From contig JBHGNT010000013.1 in NCBI GenBank assembly GCA_043228905.1, positions 5,084,001 through 5,148,000 on the forward strand: 64,000 nt of DNA, written 5' to 3'. A model generated the notes under the pieces. The model was not told where the DNA came from. It made no database searches and saw nothing but the letters and a program-made list of their open reading frames with translations. Positions within the stretch are counted from its first letter, which is position 1. Every line of letters begins with the position of its first letter. The stretch is from Azolla caroliniana. Taxonomy: Eukaryota > Plantae > Polypodiophyta. Shown piece by piece: positions 24,216 to 36,378 of this stretch. The position numbers and the translations under genes are program-made.

Positions 24216-24450
24216 ATATTATAGATGCAACCATTACTTCGGTGCCCATTGATGATGTGTGATAGTTTGAAAACATTCTAGATGCAACCATTACTTCTGT
24301 GCACATTGATGATGTGCAATAGTTTGTGAAAATTCTAGATGTAACAAGTACTTCACTCCCATTGATGATGTGCAATAGTTTGAGAACATTCTAGATGCAA
24401 CCATTATTTCATTGCCCATTGATGATGTGCAATAGTTTGAGATCATTCTT
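24216..24450. repeat. Tandem repeat, about 4 x 56-57 bp
   Basis: Unit TAGATGCAACCATTACTTC...CATTGATGATGTGCAATAGTTTGAGAACATTC starting at 24222, 24279, 24336 and 24392. Confidence 0.9.
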
Positions 24451-25526
24451 GATTTAGTTGCCATTTTGTTGCTAGTTGCATGTGGGTTATTTATGAAAGA
24501 CAAATAGTGACAAAATACAATTGATATTTGTATTGCCGTAAAAAAATGCACATCCTTGGGTCGATTCCTCTTGCATACTCATACTCCCATACCCAACCTC
24601 CCTAATTCTCAAATAACTTTGCATAGTTGTTGCAATCATTTAACTTGAGTTATAAGGTAGTATTAATGGCGTTGAAAACTCTAGCTCAAGGCGATGAATA
24701 ACTTTTTCCCCAACAAATCAAAAAACCAATTATCTTCAACACTTACCGATTTTTGGAATAAAAGGTTCAAACCTCAAAGGCATGTCCCACTTTATCTTGA
24801 TAGTGTGATACTCCAAGATAAAAAGCTTTACTAAATCTCTTAAGAAAAATTTGAAGGCTATTAGTTTCATTTAAGTTAGGCAAGTTCACAAAAGTTTAAA
24901 ATTAGGATACTTGAATCTAGTCCTATTGTTTCTTTCATAACTTAAATTTTTCTACTGTGCAGCTTAGCTAACGTAAAAAACACGTGTAATTTTAAAGCTT
25001 ATCTTCTTAACTAGCTCCTAGATTCTGTAAAGTTGGTCCTAATATGTAACATGTATGTAAATTGTATTATTCCAATGTATATTAATAGTGTCTCGTAATT
25101 GTTAGATTCAAAACCTTTATATTCTCATTAGCACTACTTTAAGCACATGGGTGACTAGTTAGTGTGAACTTCATAGGCTCACCACAAAACATTTCAATAC
25201 ATAGATTGGTCCAATTGAACTCCTTATAATCTACCCATATATCATCAATACAAGATCAAAACCAGAGTATTATGAAATTGAATGTATATTTTACTTAACA
25301 TTTTAGTCTAAAAGATGAGTATAATATATTCCACTCTAGTATTTGTTGTTGTGTAAGGTTACATTTTAGTGAAAATGAGATCTTTGGTTTGCTTCCTTGT
25401 TTGAGAAGCAATAAAAAATGTGAGGATTCGTTCTTTTCAATTTATAGAAATTTAAATCCATGTTTTCGTTCTATGAGAATTTGCTCCCAAATGCTTAGAT
25501 ATTCTAATAGAATTCCGTGAATACTA

Positions 25527-25534
25527 GGATATTC
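25527..25534. promoter_or_regulatory. Possible P1BS (PHR1-binding site, GNATATNC)
   Basis: GGATATTC about 3.1 kb upstream of the PHT1 ATG. It is the only exact match I found between 25 kb and the start codon. Confidence 0.3.
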
Positions 25535-27601
25535 TAATTTTTGACAAACACTTCAAGATTGTATGAGAACTTCTATTTATCTTTTATTGAGTGTGTAGTA
25601 GATTATGTTACAGAAACACATGTTCAACAACAAAGCATGAATGTTTGGGAAACATTCATCTTCATTGTTACACCTCAATATTCCATTTGACTTAATATTT
25701 GTTAATTGTGTGGTAGCCTCATAGGTGAGCATCACTGGCAAACATTTCGGCAAAACTAAAATAATATGAACCAAATCGTAAGAATCATTGTGGTCGAATG
25801 TTTGCTTTCAATGACACGTAACACAAGCACAACTCATTACAAAACTTGCCTTCAAAAAACACATTGTAGTCTGTGACACGAATAACAAATCTATTTAATG
25901 TGAACGTAGTGCTTTACATAGTTAAATCCACATACATTGACTGCTATTATGAAAACATTTAATGGCCTCACAATATATGAAGAATACGTATAGAAGTAAA
26001 CGTGTTAATTCACAAGGATACGAGGGGAAAGGGTTTGTCGGAAAGGAAACACTCCTACATTACGCTTTATATTATATAGAAATCGTATGCAAATGATTTG
26101 ACGCACAATCTCACGCATATTATTTGATGCACAAAATGGTTCCGTAGACACTGCAAAAAAGTTTTAGGCACATTATGCAAAATCTTGGACAGTTCTATTG
26201 TCTACCATTCTTTTGTTGCATCAATAGTGGAAGTACCTTAACAAATCAACTACGCATTCTTAGTACCACTTTGCTTTGTAAATAAAGTAAGGTTTTTGCT
26301 TTTCCCTCAATCAAGTAGCCACATATGAATATGATAGTGATGACGTCATATGTTTTAGGAGAACGATCAAACGAACAAGCTTATGGAAGTGAGTATATTT
26401 ATAAATGTCGTTCAGAAAAGTATATTTATTGGCGGTAGTGCGTGGGCAATATGATAATATGTCGGGCTCTTCGGAGGTTGTTCTTAAGAAAAGGAAAAAA
26501 TTACTGCAATTATAGAGTAAGTTGCCTCTATTCACGGTCTCCTCTCAAGGACCAATCTGGAAATATCATCACCCTTGGCCCTTGCCTTGATCATCCTTTT
26601 TGTATATAACACTCTCTAATTGTACATTTTGTAGTTTTCCAACGTTTTTTCTTAATACTAATGAAGGAAATCTTTTTGGAAAACAGAAAAAGTGCCTCTT
26701 CCTTTTGTGTGGGTCGAATTCATTGATAAGGAACAAAGGTTACATTATGGGAATTAGTCAAAAATAAACAACATCGGTTCTAGCTTTGAAATGGCTTGGC
26801 AAGTTGTGTTTTGATGACATTAACCATCCATGAGAAACATATATCCTAATTAACAAGGCTTTATTCCGAAGGTGTTCACATTTGCATTAGTATTGCAATT
26901 ATAGAGGATGAAGGACAACTTTGGTTCTTGAACTACTTCTCTAATAGTTTTAGAAGATGATCTATGCCAAGGCAAGGGTGTGGCTAAATCGATTTAATGG
27001 TGGGAGATAAAGACTCATCTTTAGGGAGCTTACGAAATAAATGAATTATAAGGTGGATGCATACGCTCACCCCCTAATATATTGCTATCTATCCCCAAGA
27101 TCTAGTTTTGGTCCTGTTTTCTTAATGACTCGACTTATTTTATGACAGAAGCAGAATGTGTTCTATGTTTCATTTCGGTCAAGTGGGTCAGGCACAACCT
27201 ATGATCCCGTCGCTGTAGTAGTTTGATAAGAAGTTTTATATTTCGCAGCAGTTTCGGCCCCGAACCTTTACATTCCCATGGTTCCGCGTGTTACACTCAA
27301 TGATTGTATACTTGCTGCGGACAGGGCAATCGGGAAGTGCAATATACATATCGGGTATCACGGGTCGTGTTTCTGGGCCTTTCCAAGATGGTCAGGAGTC
27401 TGGACTTGATTTACTGTTAGGGCCGAGATGTCCGGCCGGGCGGGCCACTGGATCCCTGTGTGGGGACGGACGGGTACAAGTCACCACCATACGACCGACC
27501 CCCAACAAATCACATTTACATATTATGCGTGTCGGGCAGCTTAGCTTTTTTCCCTTCTCTCTCTCTCTCTCTCAGATCTCTGAAAAGCATTTTGCGTTTC
27601 T

Positions 27602-27616
27602 ACGTGGCTATATTTA
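27602..27616 (+). promoter_or_regulatory. ABRE/G-box-like ACGTGGC plus TATA-like TATATTTA, putative PHT1 core promoter
   Basis: Motifs precede an A/C-rich putative 5'UTR exon and a strong splice donor. Confidence 0.45.
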
Positions 27617-27773
27617 GCCATACATACATACAAGTTTACAACCAACGATACATTCATTCAATCATCTAAAAAGCAGAAAGCAGGGGGCGACGGAAACACT
27701 AGTAACAGCAGAGAAAAAACAGAGGAAAAACACCCACCAAAACCTCCCATCCTTCTTCTTCTGCTTCATCCTG

Positions 27774-27886
27774 GTATGTATGTGCTCCTTCTTCCTTTCT
27801 CTGTCTCTCTGTCTCTCTGTATGTCTCACAAAATCTCGCATGAATTACAATATACCAACAAATTCTGTCTTCCTCTGTGCTTTCCA

Positions 27887-27935
<49 letters not shown>

Positions 27936-28658
27936 TGTAATGTCTTTCATGTCGATCTGCATGTGAACGAAATGTTGCATTGACCTCTGCATCGATTCGA
28001 TTGTGGCAAATGAATGAATAGTACATATGATCCACGACCTGTCTGCATTTTTCGCTGTATTCATTCTTCGTGTCTTCTTCGCATCAATGCATGTGAAATC
28101 TTTCGTCTTCATCGTTTAAATATCTTGGAAACTCATCATCATCATCATCATCATCATCTTGGAAACTCAGAAGCTATTCCTGCGTTTTCTTCTGAATCTT
28201 GGAATCCTGTCTATTCTTGATTAATCACGCGTCGCATGTGCAAAACTGTCTGTCTCTCTGTCTTTCTTTTGATTTTGATGTGATCCTTTTCATGTGCAGC
28301 ATTTTCCTTGCATGTTTTCCCCCTTCTTTGAACTCGACATCTCCTCGTTTCTGTAAAATTTTCCTACCTCGTCTTCTTGTTTCTTCCTTAAATGCTACTT
28401 TACCCTTGACCGAATATTACACAGAAAAACTCTTCCAGAAGGACAGATTATTTTCGCTTCTTGAGCTCAATCTTCAATATTGAACCTTTTTAATCGACGT
28501 TTGCCTTTCCAGGGGAAACCAAAGGGTATAATAAGAAAAAGAACTGTTATTTTATGCTTTGAAGTGATGGAATGAATGTAGATTACTTGCACAGATAGAA
28601 TCATGAGCTCATGTATTTGATTCATATATTGATTTGGCTGGATATGTAACCACATCAG
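27774..28658 (+). other. Putative 5'UTR intron of PHT1
   Basis: Donor CTG|GTATGT, pyrimidine/AT-rich body with (TATG)n and (CAT)n, and acceptor CATCAG 6 nt before the ATG. An alternative acceptor TTGCACAG lies near 28594. Confidence 0.55.
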
Positions 28659-28664
28659 GGAGGG

Positions 28665-30365
28665 ATGACAGGAGCACATTTAGAAGTGTTGACGGCACTC
28701 GACAAGGCGAAGACGCAATGGTATCATTTCACTGCGATTGTCGTGGCCGGGATGGGTTTCTTCACCGATGCGTACGACCTCTTCTGCATCTCCACCGTCA
28801 CGAAGCTTCTAGGACGCCTCTATTACTATGACCCTTCTTCTACCCATGAACCTGGTATCCTCCCCGCGAATGTGTCGGCCGCTGTGAATGGTGTGGCCTT
28901 CTGCGGAACTCTGTGTGGACAACTCTTCTTTGGATGGCTAGGAGACAAACTTGGACGGAAGAAAGCATACGGTGCGACCCTCATGTGCATGGTCATTAGC
29001 TCCATAGCTTGCGGGCTTTCGTTCGGCACAACCGCAAAGTCGGTGATGACAAGCCTTTGCTTCTTCCGGTTCTGGCTCGGTTTCGGCATCGGCGGAGATT
29101 ACCCGTTGTCAGCAACGATCATGTCGGAGTATGCGAATAAGCGGACGAGGGGTGCCTTCATCGCGGCAGTGTTTGCGATGCAAGGATTTGGGATACTGGG
29201 TGGGGCGGCAGTAGCTATCATCGTATCGGCCGCGTTCGACCATGCATACCCTGCCGCGACCTTCGCCATTGATCCTGTCGGTTCCACCCCTCCTCAAGCC
29301 GATTTTGTGTGGAGGATTATCTTCATGATGGGGGCACTTCCTGCTGCCCTCACATACTATTGGAGGATGAAGATGCCCGAGACTGCTCGCTACACTGCTT
29401 TGGTCGCCGGCAATGTAAAGCAAGCCACAGCCGACATGGCACGCGTGCTCGAAATGGATGCCATATCTCCTCCTGAACATGTTAGTGAACACCACAAGAT
29501 CAACATAGAGAAAGTGAAGACGAAGAAGGTGGGTCTTTCTTCTACTACTGGTAATGAACCCTACGGATTGCTCACCAAAAGGTTCTTGAGAAAGCATGGG
29601 TGTCATCTCTTGGGGACCACCACGACTTGGTTCCTCCTGGATGTAGCATTTTATAGCCAGAATCTCTTCCAGAAGGATGTATTTTCCGCTGTGGGCTGGC
29701 TTCCCGCACCCAAGCGAATGAGCGCGTTGGAAGAAGTATACAAAATCTCGAGGGCTCAAGCTTTGATTGCGTTGTGCTCGACCGTTCCTGGGTATTGGTT
29801 CACGGTGCTTCTGATAGACCGAATCGGGAGGTTCACCATCCAACTCATGGGTTTCTTCATGATGACGGCATTCATGTTCGGGCTCGCAATCCCATACGAC
29901 TATTGGCGTGGCACGGAATGCGGTTCGGGGTTTTGCAATGGACATCACATCGTGTTCATCGTGCTTTATGCATGCACCTTCTTCTTCGCAAACTTCGGCC
30001 CCAACAGCACAACCTTCATAGTTCCGGCGGAGGTCTTTCCAGCAAGGCTGCGGTCGACGTGTCATGGTATCTCGGCGGCGGCGGGGAAAGCTGGGGCCAT
30101 TGTTGGCGCGTTTGGCTTCTTGTACGTGGCGCAAAACCCGACACAAGGGAAGCAGGAGCCTGGCTACCCCACTGGTCTTGGAATTCGAACCGCCTTGATC
30201 ATGTTGGCTTGTTGCAATGCCTTGGGCTTCTTTTTTACGTTTCTGGTTCCCGAGACCAATGGCAGATCCTTAGAGGACATCACCGGAGAAAATGGCGGAG
30301 ATGATAATGTCGATGAGGGATTAGAGTCAAGCACGAATGGTGTATTGTCTAGAGAGGAATTTTAA
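28665..30365 (+). CDS. PHT1: PHT1-family H+/phosphate symporter (MFS), 566 aa
   Basis: Intact ORF with [24 protein letters not shown], the PHT1 signature [30 protein letters not shown] and C-terminal [10 protein letters not shown]. Confidence 0.98.
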   Translation: MTGAHLEVLTALDKAKTQWYHFTAIVVAGMGFFTDAYDLFCISTVTKLLGRLYYYDPSSTHEPGILPANVSAAVNGVAFCGTLCGQLFFGWLGDKLGRKKAYGATLMCMVISSIACGLSFGTTAKSVMTSLCFFRFWLGFGIGGDYPLSATIMSEYANKRTRGAFIAAVFAMQGFGILGGAAVAIIVSAAFDHAYPAATFAIDPVGSTPPQADFVWRIIFMMGALPAALTYYWRMKMPETARYTALVAGNVKQATADMARVLEMDAISPPEHVSEHHKINIEKVKTKKVGLSSTTGNEPYGLLTKRFLRKHGCHLLGTTTTWFLLDVAFYSQNLFQKDVFSAVGWLPAPKRMSALEEVYKISRAQALIALCSTVPGYWFTVLLIDRIGRFTIQLMGFFMMTAFMFGLAIPYDYWRGTECGSGFCNGHHIVFIVLYACTFFFANFGPNSTTFIVPAEVFPARLRSTCHGISAAAGKAGAIVGAFGFLYVAQNPTQGKQEPGYPTGLGIRTALIMLACCNALGFFFTFLVPETNGRSLEDITGENGGDDNVDEGLESSTNGVLSREEF

Positions 30366-31212
30366 TGTGAACTTAGATGGAATTGTCGAATGCGCGACTG
30401 TGAACCGACCCGACCTCAATGTTGTGCAGTTGGGATGTGTGTTTTTTTTTTTCTCTAGACTCTCATTTTGGCAAGCAATTGTTGTATTAAAAAATAAAAA
30501 AACCTTTAAAGAAAAAGAAAGAAAACAGAAAGACAGACCAAAACTCTGCTCATTATTGAGAATAAAAAGCTGTAGCTTAGTGCTTTAGTGAGAGGTCTTC
30601 TTGGAGTTTAGAACAAGGCCATTTTGTTTTCAGAGGTTTAAGAATGCAATTATAAGAGGTTTAAGACCATATTGTAATAGAAAGAGGGGCATGAATAAGA
30701 GAGATTTTTACAGATCATTTTGGCACTGTAATACTTTGTTTGCTATTTTTTTTTAGTTTCTATGATATAACTCATCTGAAAGCTCAAATGAAACCTAGCA
30801 CTTATTGACCAATTTCTTTTATTACAAAATGCTAGTAGTCTTTTGTGATTTGTTTGAGAGCTTGTGTGGACTTCTTAATGAAGAGGTTCGATCAATTATG
30901 TGGAATTCAATGTCATGCTGAGAATAACATGTAAACGAGAATTTAATCTCTTTTATCTCTTCCCTTCCATCACTCCTAAAGTTTTTGAAAGCGTTCATAA
31001 ACTAAGTGAAATCACAACATTACATTGAAGAGGTATGTAAATGGGGAACTCAAATTTTAGGAACATTGTCGGGAGTTTTTTAAGGTCATTAATCGCCTTT
31101 TAAAACCCATTTGTGATACTTACTTAATGTGTGCGTTTACGCCCATTTGAATGTCTATATATGTTGCACCATGTAGAAAACAAACTAAGTTGATAAGCTA
31201 AGAAATCAACTT

Positions 31213-31248
<36 letters not shown>

Positions 31249-34200
31249 TGCCGTGTTGGAGTCAACATTGTGTATTACTAAGCCAGCTAATCTTTCTGAG
31301 CAAGTAAGGGTAAGCCATGTGGAAACTTTACTATTTTCCTAGTAACTCACAATAAGTATTTTCAGTTATTAGGACTTCATTTTGGCATAACATCTTTTCA
31401 AAGTGGTATAACTTTGAATTGTGCATCTTTAAATATACTCTAGGTTTTAAGTTGGTTTAAGGTACAACCAGATCCGAACCTTGTGATTGTAAGACTTGCT
31501 TCAATAAATCATGGTTTCATTGGTGGAAAATGGTTTGCATTTTCCAGGTCTAAAGAAGGCGGTACTTTATTTTTAGTTTTAAATTGTTTGAAAGTAAGAT
31601 GGAAGTCATTAGTTAGAGTAATGAGAGGTGCCAAATCATATTATAATCATTTCGATCAAGATTTGAATTTGCAACGATGTCTAGAACACATTAAATTGTG
31701 TATGGCTATGCCAAATGAAAATTACACCAACATTGAACTCTCTAAATATATCTAGCTGTAGGTAGCTAGGTGAATGGAGTGTCTTTATTTATGAGTTTTT
31801 AACTATTCCCTCCCATGATAATTCACTCTATGTATTTATCTCATGGAATTGAGTGTCTCATGATGACTAACTTTGACTACCTAATTTCAGTTTCACAACC
31901 GTTAAGATGTAACAAAGACTTTTTGTCTCATAGGTCATGGTGTCCACTTCATACATGCTAATACACTCTGCATCTCACAAAATATATGCCACCATTGAAA
32001 GTTAGATGTGTGAGCATTCAAAATCCTTGAGATTCAATGTTATATAGACAAATGGCATTCATGTTATAAATTTAATATATATAAATATATACACCAAGAC
32101 ATACATTGATATTTTTCACTCGTATTGGTTTACATACATGCAAGCTTGAACTCACGCAACAGACACCACACAAACAACCTCTCTTTTAGTATAATTTTTT
32201 AAAGTAGTAATTAGTAATAAATTATGCTTGATACACTTTATTTCTTGTAATTATAGTTTTAATAAGTGTTAGACGGTTTTAGACGGAGCAAAAATTTGGA
32301 GTTTTGTTATTTTAATGCTTTAAATTAAACTTTTGATGAAACTTGAGGTCTACAAAAATGCATCAAGGGATCCCGAGTTGGCAAAAGCCTTAATGTACGC
32401 AGGTATCATCATAGATGTATGCATTTTTTGCTTTTGATATGTTTCAGGTTGGTAGGCACTTTATTCTCTTTGTCATTGCCAATTCATTTGGAAGTAACCA
32501 AAAAACCTCAATACGACTTCCAAAACACCTTGATTGAACAATAGGAGTTCTGAAATGAGGATGAGAGAAGTTCTCCGTTTTGACTTGTAGAATGCTCTAT
32601 TAAAAAGACAGTGTCGAATCAACAATTATTATGTTTCTTAGATCCTAAGGGCTTGGTTTTTATTGCAAGCACAATATGTGTACGAGAATCTACACCATAG
32701 TTGGTTATTACTAGGGATACATGGAAAAAAAATTTGTCAGTAATAAATTTACATTAGTTTTATAGAGGTTGCAAAGCTATTAGTTATTATTGAGAACAAT
32801 ATTCTTGTTTTAGCTCTTAGCCCTCAACATAGCACAATGTTGTTTTTGAAAGTTTAGCTTGGCTTTTCTTTAAATGTGTGGACATTATTTATCAAGAGTT
32901 CTTTTTATGGTGGAAATCCTCATTATGTTTGAAACATGTGATTGTAATTGGAAGACATTAAAGAGAGATTAAGTGTGAAAGTGAGCGAATCTCTTCTCTT
33001 CATCACTCAATATGATGGCTTTTTATGAACTTATGAAATCATTACACCAATTCAAGAACTTTTTTGGGAAAGAGATTTCATGAATTCCATCAACAATTAA
33101 AAGGTCTCCGTTCTTTAAAATACTTTTGCATCAAAGTGACATCAAGGTTCATTAGAAACACTTATCTAGCGTGTGTAATATAAGTTCTAGAAACTCTTTT
33201 TGATAAATAAATTTAAGGAGTTATATATATGCAATTGTACTTTAAGTCTTATTCATTTTATCATCAAATGATGATATTATTTTTTGTACTTACAAAAAAC
33301 CAACTTGGTAATTCATGTTGCCTAAAGTTGTTGGCCTTTCTATTGGGAAAGAATGGGCATAGTGAATGGTCGTAGGACTCAAAGCAAAGGAAATAGTCAA
33401 GATACAAAAACCATCATTATTAGTTTGGTACCCTTCTAACCCTAAGTTCCTCTATAAACCTAACAAATTCGCACATACTTGTGCACCTACCCATTCACAC
33501 ACTCCTACACATACTTGAACATACACACAAATACATACAATTATGCATTCACACCAACATGTGATTCACATTCATGCTTGGCCCCCCACACACATTAAAT
33601 ACTAAGTGCGCGTGTGCATATCGAGAGGGAAAATGGATAGAAGCACACTCATTTGTTGAGAGGGCTAAATTTCACAACACTAATGGCCTTATTGAGCAAA
33701 TGTTCCATGAACGGGATACCATGAGATCATACAAGGTGCAACATGAAAAGTACAAAGGATTTTTCGTGATTCCAAGGGGAAAATATATAAGATTTTTTAA
33801 GAATGTACAACATAAAGATGCATTAAAAGAGTGCTAGAGATGTGAGTAAATTAAAGAGCTTTGATTGAGTGGTCTCATGCACACGCTTCTAGGAGTGTCT
33901 CCGAAGTAGTGTTGGTGCCCAAAATCGAGTAGCTTTGAAATCTTATGTGAAGAGAAAGGATGATGAATCTATGAATATAAAAATCAAAGGGATGAAACAT
34001 GAAGAGGACAAATGAAATGGAGATAGTTTATTTTCAAGCTTACAAACTTGCACAATAATGAGATGGAATGGTCAGGCCAATAATGGTAGGCTCGTCGCAA
34101 AAAACAAGATAGAATGGAAGAAGAGAATAAGAAAAAGGAGAGAGAATAAGAGCAAAATGTAATTGTATTAATAAGAAGAGCAAGATTAATGTCATAGTGA

Positions 34201-35719
34201 CGGCCATAACCGAACAACGAAAACAATATAAAATGAAAGAAAAGAGAGAGAAAGAGTTTCACAGATATACTACGATAAAAGAGATAGTCAGGGTCATACT
34301 AATACCAATAAGTGAGAGTTTCAACGCCATAACCGAAAACAAGATAAAATGGAAGAAAAGAGAGAGAAATAGTTGTAGAACGTGATTACTATCATGAACA
34401 TGATTAATGTCATAGTCATCATAAAAAGGTTGTAGAAAGACTTGAACTTATAACCCCTATAGTATGTATAGAGAATTTAGCCAATAGGTTATTATTTTAA
34501 GTAAAACATTTGTTGTCAAGTCTACACATCATATTACGAGATGTCACCACCTCCCATAGGCTAATGCATAATTGCCACATGGCTTGGTGGTAAGAAGGGA
34601 AAGTAGCAATCATGCATGAATGCCAGGTGACAAGAAGGTGCTTTATTCATTAATGAACCATTCCGGTTCAATGTTAGTCTTGAACATATTTTTGACCCAA
34701 CGTAAATGTCGACATTTTGGCATTTTTCTCCCTTCTCACAACCCATATCACAACAATCGCCCTAGGGATGTGGTGCATGAAACCTATATGCAACCTTGGA
34801 ACATGATTTGACTAATTTCATGGCATTAGTTGCTTGAAAAGAACAAGGATACCCATAAGACCATCAATTGAATGAAAATGCTAACACGGAATTTATGAGG
34901 GACATATTCTCCTCTTAAGAAGTATATATTATGACAAACTTTGTTAAGTAAAGAAATATGTTATGTGTTCAAATATATGTGTCTTAGCAAGATCCACAAT
35001 CCATCTACATGGATATTTCTCGTTCCCTGTAAGACCTCATACTAATCATTATTCATGTGTGATAATAATTGTATGAGACAAGTATTGTCCTGAAATTATG
35101 TGACTGTTGTAATTCCTTGCAAAAAGAGTTAGTTGTGTCTCCTAGATTATTATGTTGGAATGGGAAGAAGACATTGCACTCTCCATTTAGTTGTTTGTTT
35201 TGTTTGGGGGTCAAAGAGGTGGGAGATGTAGTTGAGAGGCTTGATTTTAGAGATTCTATGATTGTTGAAGTTTGAGGATTATTATGAACATCACCTAATT
35301 ATGGGTTTAATTGGTAGTAACTACAAATTATAATGTTGACCTAAGGTTCTTTACCTATATAAACCAAAGAGCAACCATGGGTTGATTGGATTTACATGGT
35401 CAAACTCAAGTTTTACTAATCTTTTATATCATTGCTATATTGAGTCTCTACAATGGCTATAATTTAAGGTCTAGTTTTTTATTCCAGCTTTTGGTTTCTT
35501 TTTGTTCTACCATTTTAAAATCCCCAAACTACATAGTTGGCGAGTGTGCTTTAGGGCAATTGTTGGTTCGATGGACAATCTTGACGGCCATGGGTGTTCA
35601 TATATGATTATCTAACTCCCATTCAAGATATATTTACTTATGTGAGTAGGATAAAGTTATCAAATAAACAAAATGATTGCTCAACACAATGCAAAAGACT
35701 ATTTAATGTACACAACCAC

Positions 35720-35995
35720 CATCATTGATCAATTTATCATATTTGAAACCTTCATGCATCCATAATAAAAGCAAGGCACGTTGATTCAGAGGATGTGGGG
35801 AAGATTCCCAATTACTTTTAACTATCCATATTACTGCTGCTCCTTGAGACATCATTAATCAATTTATCTATCATATTTGAAACCTTCATGCATCCATAAA
35901 AAAAGTAGAGTTACAAGTTTACTCACAGGAAATTCAGAGGATGTGGCGAAGATTCCCAATTACTCTTGGCTATAAATATTAATGCTGCTACATGA
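35720..35995. repeat. Diverged tandem duplication (about 130-145 bp x 2)
   Basis: ATCAATTTATC..ATATTTGAAACCTTCATGCATCCATAA...ATTCAGAGGATGTGG.GAAGATTCCCAATTACT occurs twice. Confidence 0.8.
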
Positions 35996-36378
35996 TATTA
36001 AAAATCTATCAACAAATGAAAAGAATGTTGATATCAAAGTAATACAGCTCAAAGTCAGAATTATCTTTCAAAGCAGATAGCACAAAGCACACTGAGACAA
36101 ATACCTATGTGGGTGTCTTTCCTCTTTTTCCTCTTAAGAAACCACCACTCAATACACTGGGCACAAGAATAAGATTTCATAAGCCATTCTTCGCTGAGAA
36201 TATTATAAAATGTCGTTGAATTTTCCATATACCGACTCCATTCCTGGTCAGTTTCTTTGAATGGATAAAGAAAGAAAAGAATTGAGGCTATGTGGTTGTA
36301 AAGAACATGAGTAATAAAATGATTGATCATCATACAAAAGAAATGATTTTATTTAGGAGAAGGAAAGGAATCCAGTTG

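Noticed and set aside
28014-28220. ORF with a poly-His tract
   Set aside because: A (CAT)n microsatellite inside the putative 5'UTR intron.
28644-28649. Minimal uORF ATGTAA just upstream of PHT1
   Set aside because: It falls inside the predicted intron if the 28658 acceptor is used. It matters only if the upstream acceptor is real.
29109-30146. 345-aa antisense ORF overlapping PHT1
   Set aside because: Shadow ORF of a GC-balanced coding strand, with no recognisable motifs.
30600-35600. Short ORFs in the AT-rich intergenic region
   Set aside because: No recognisable domains or consistent exon structure; probably old TE debris.
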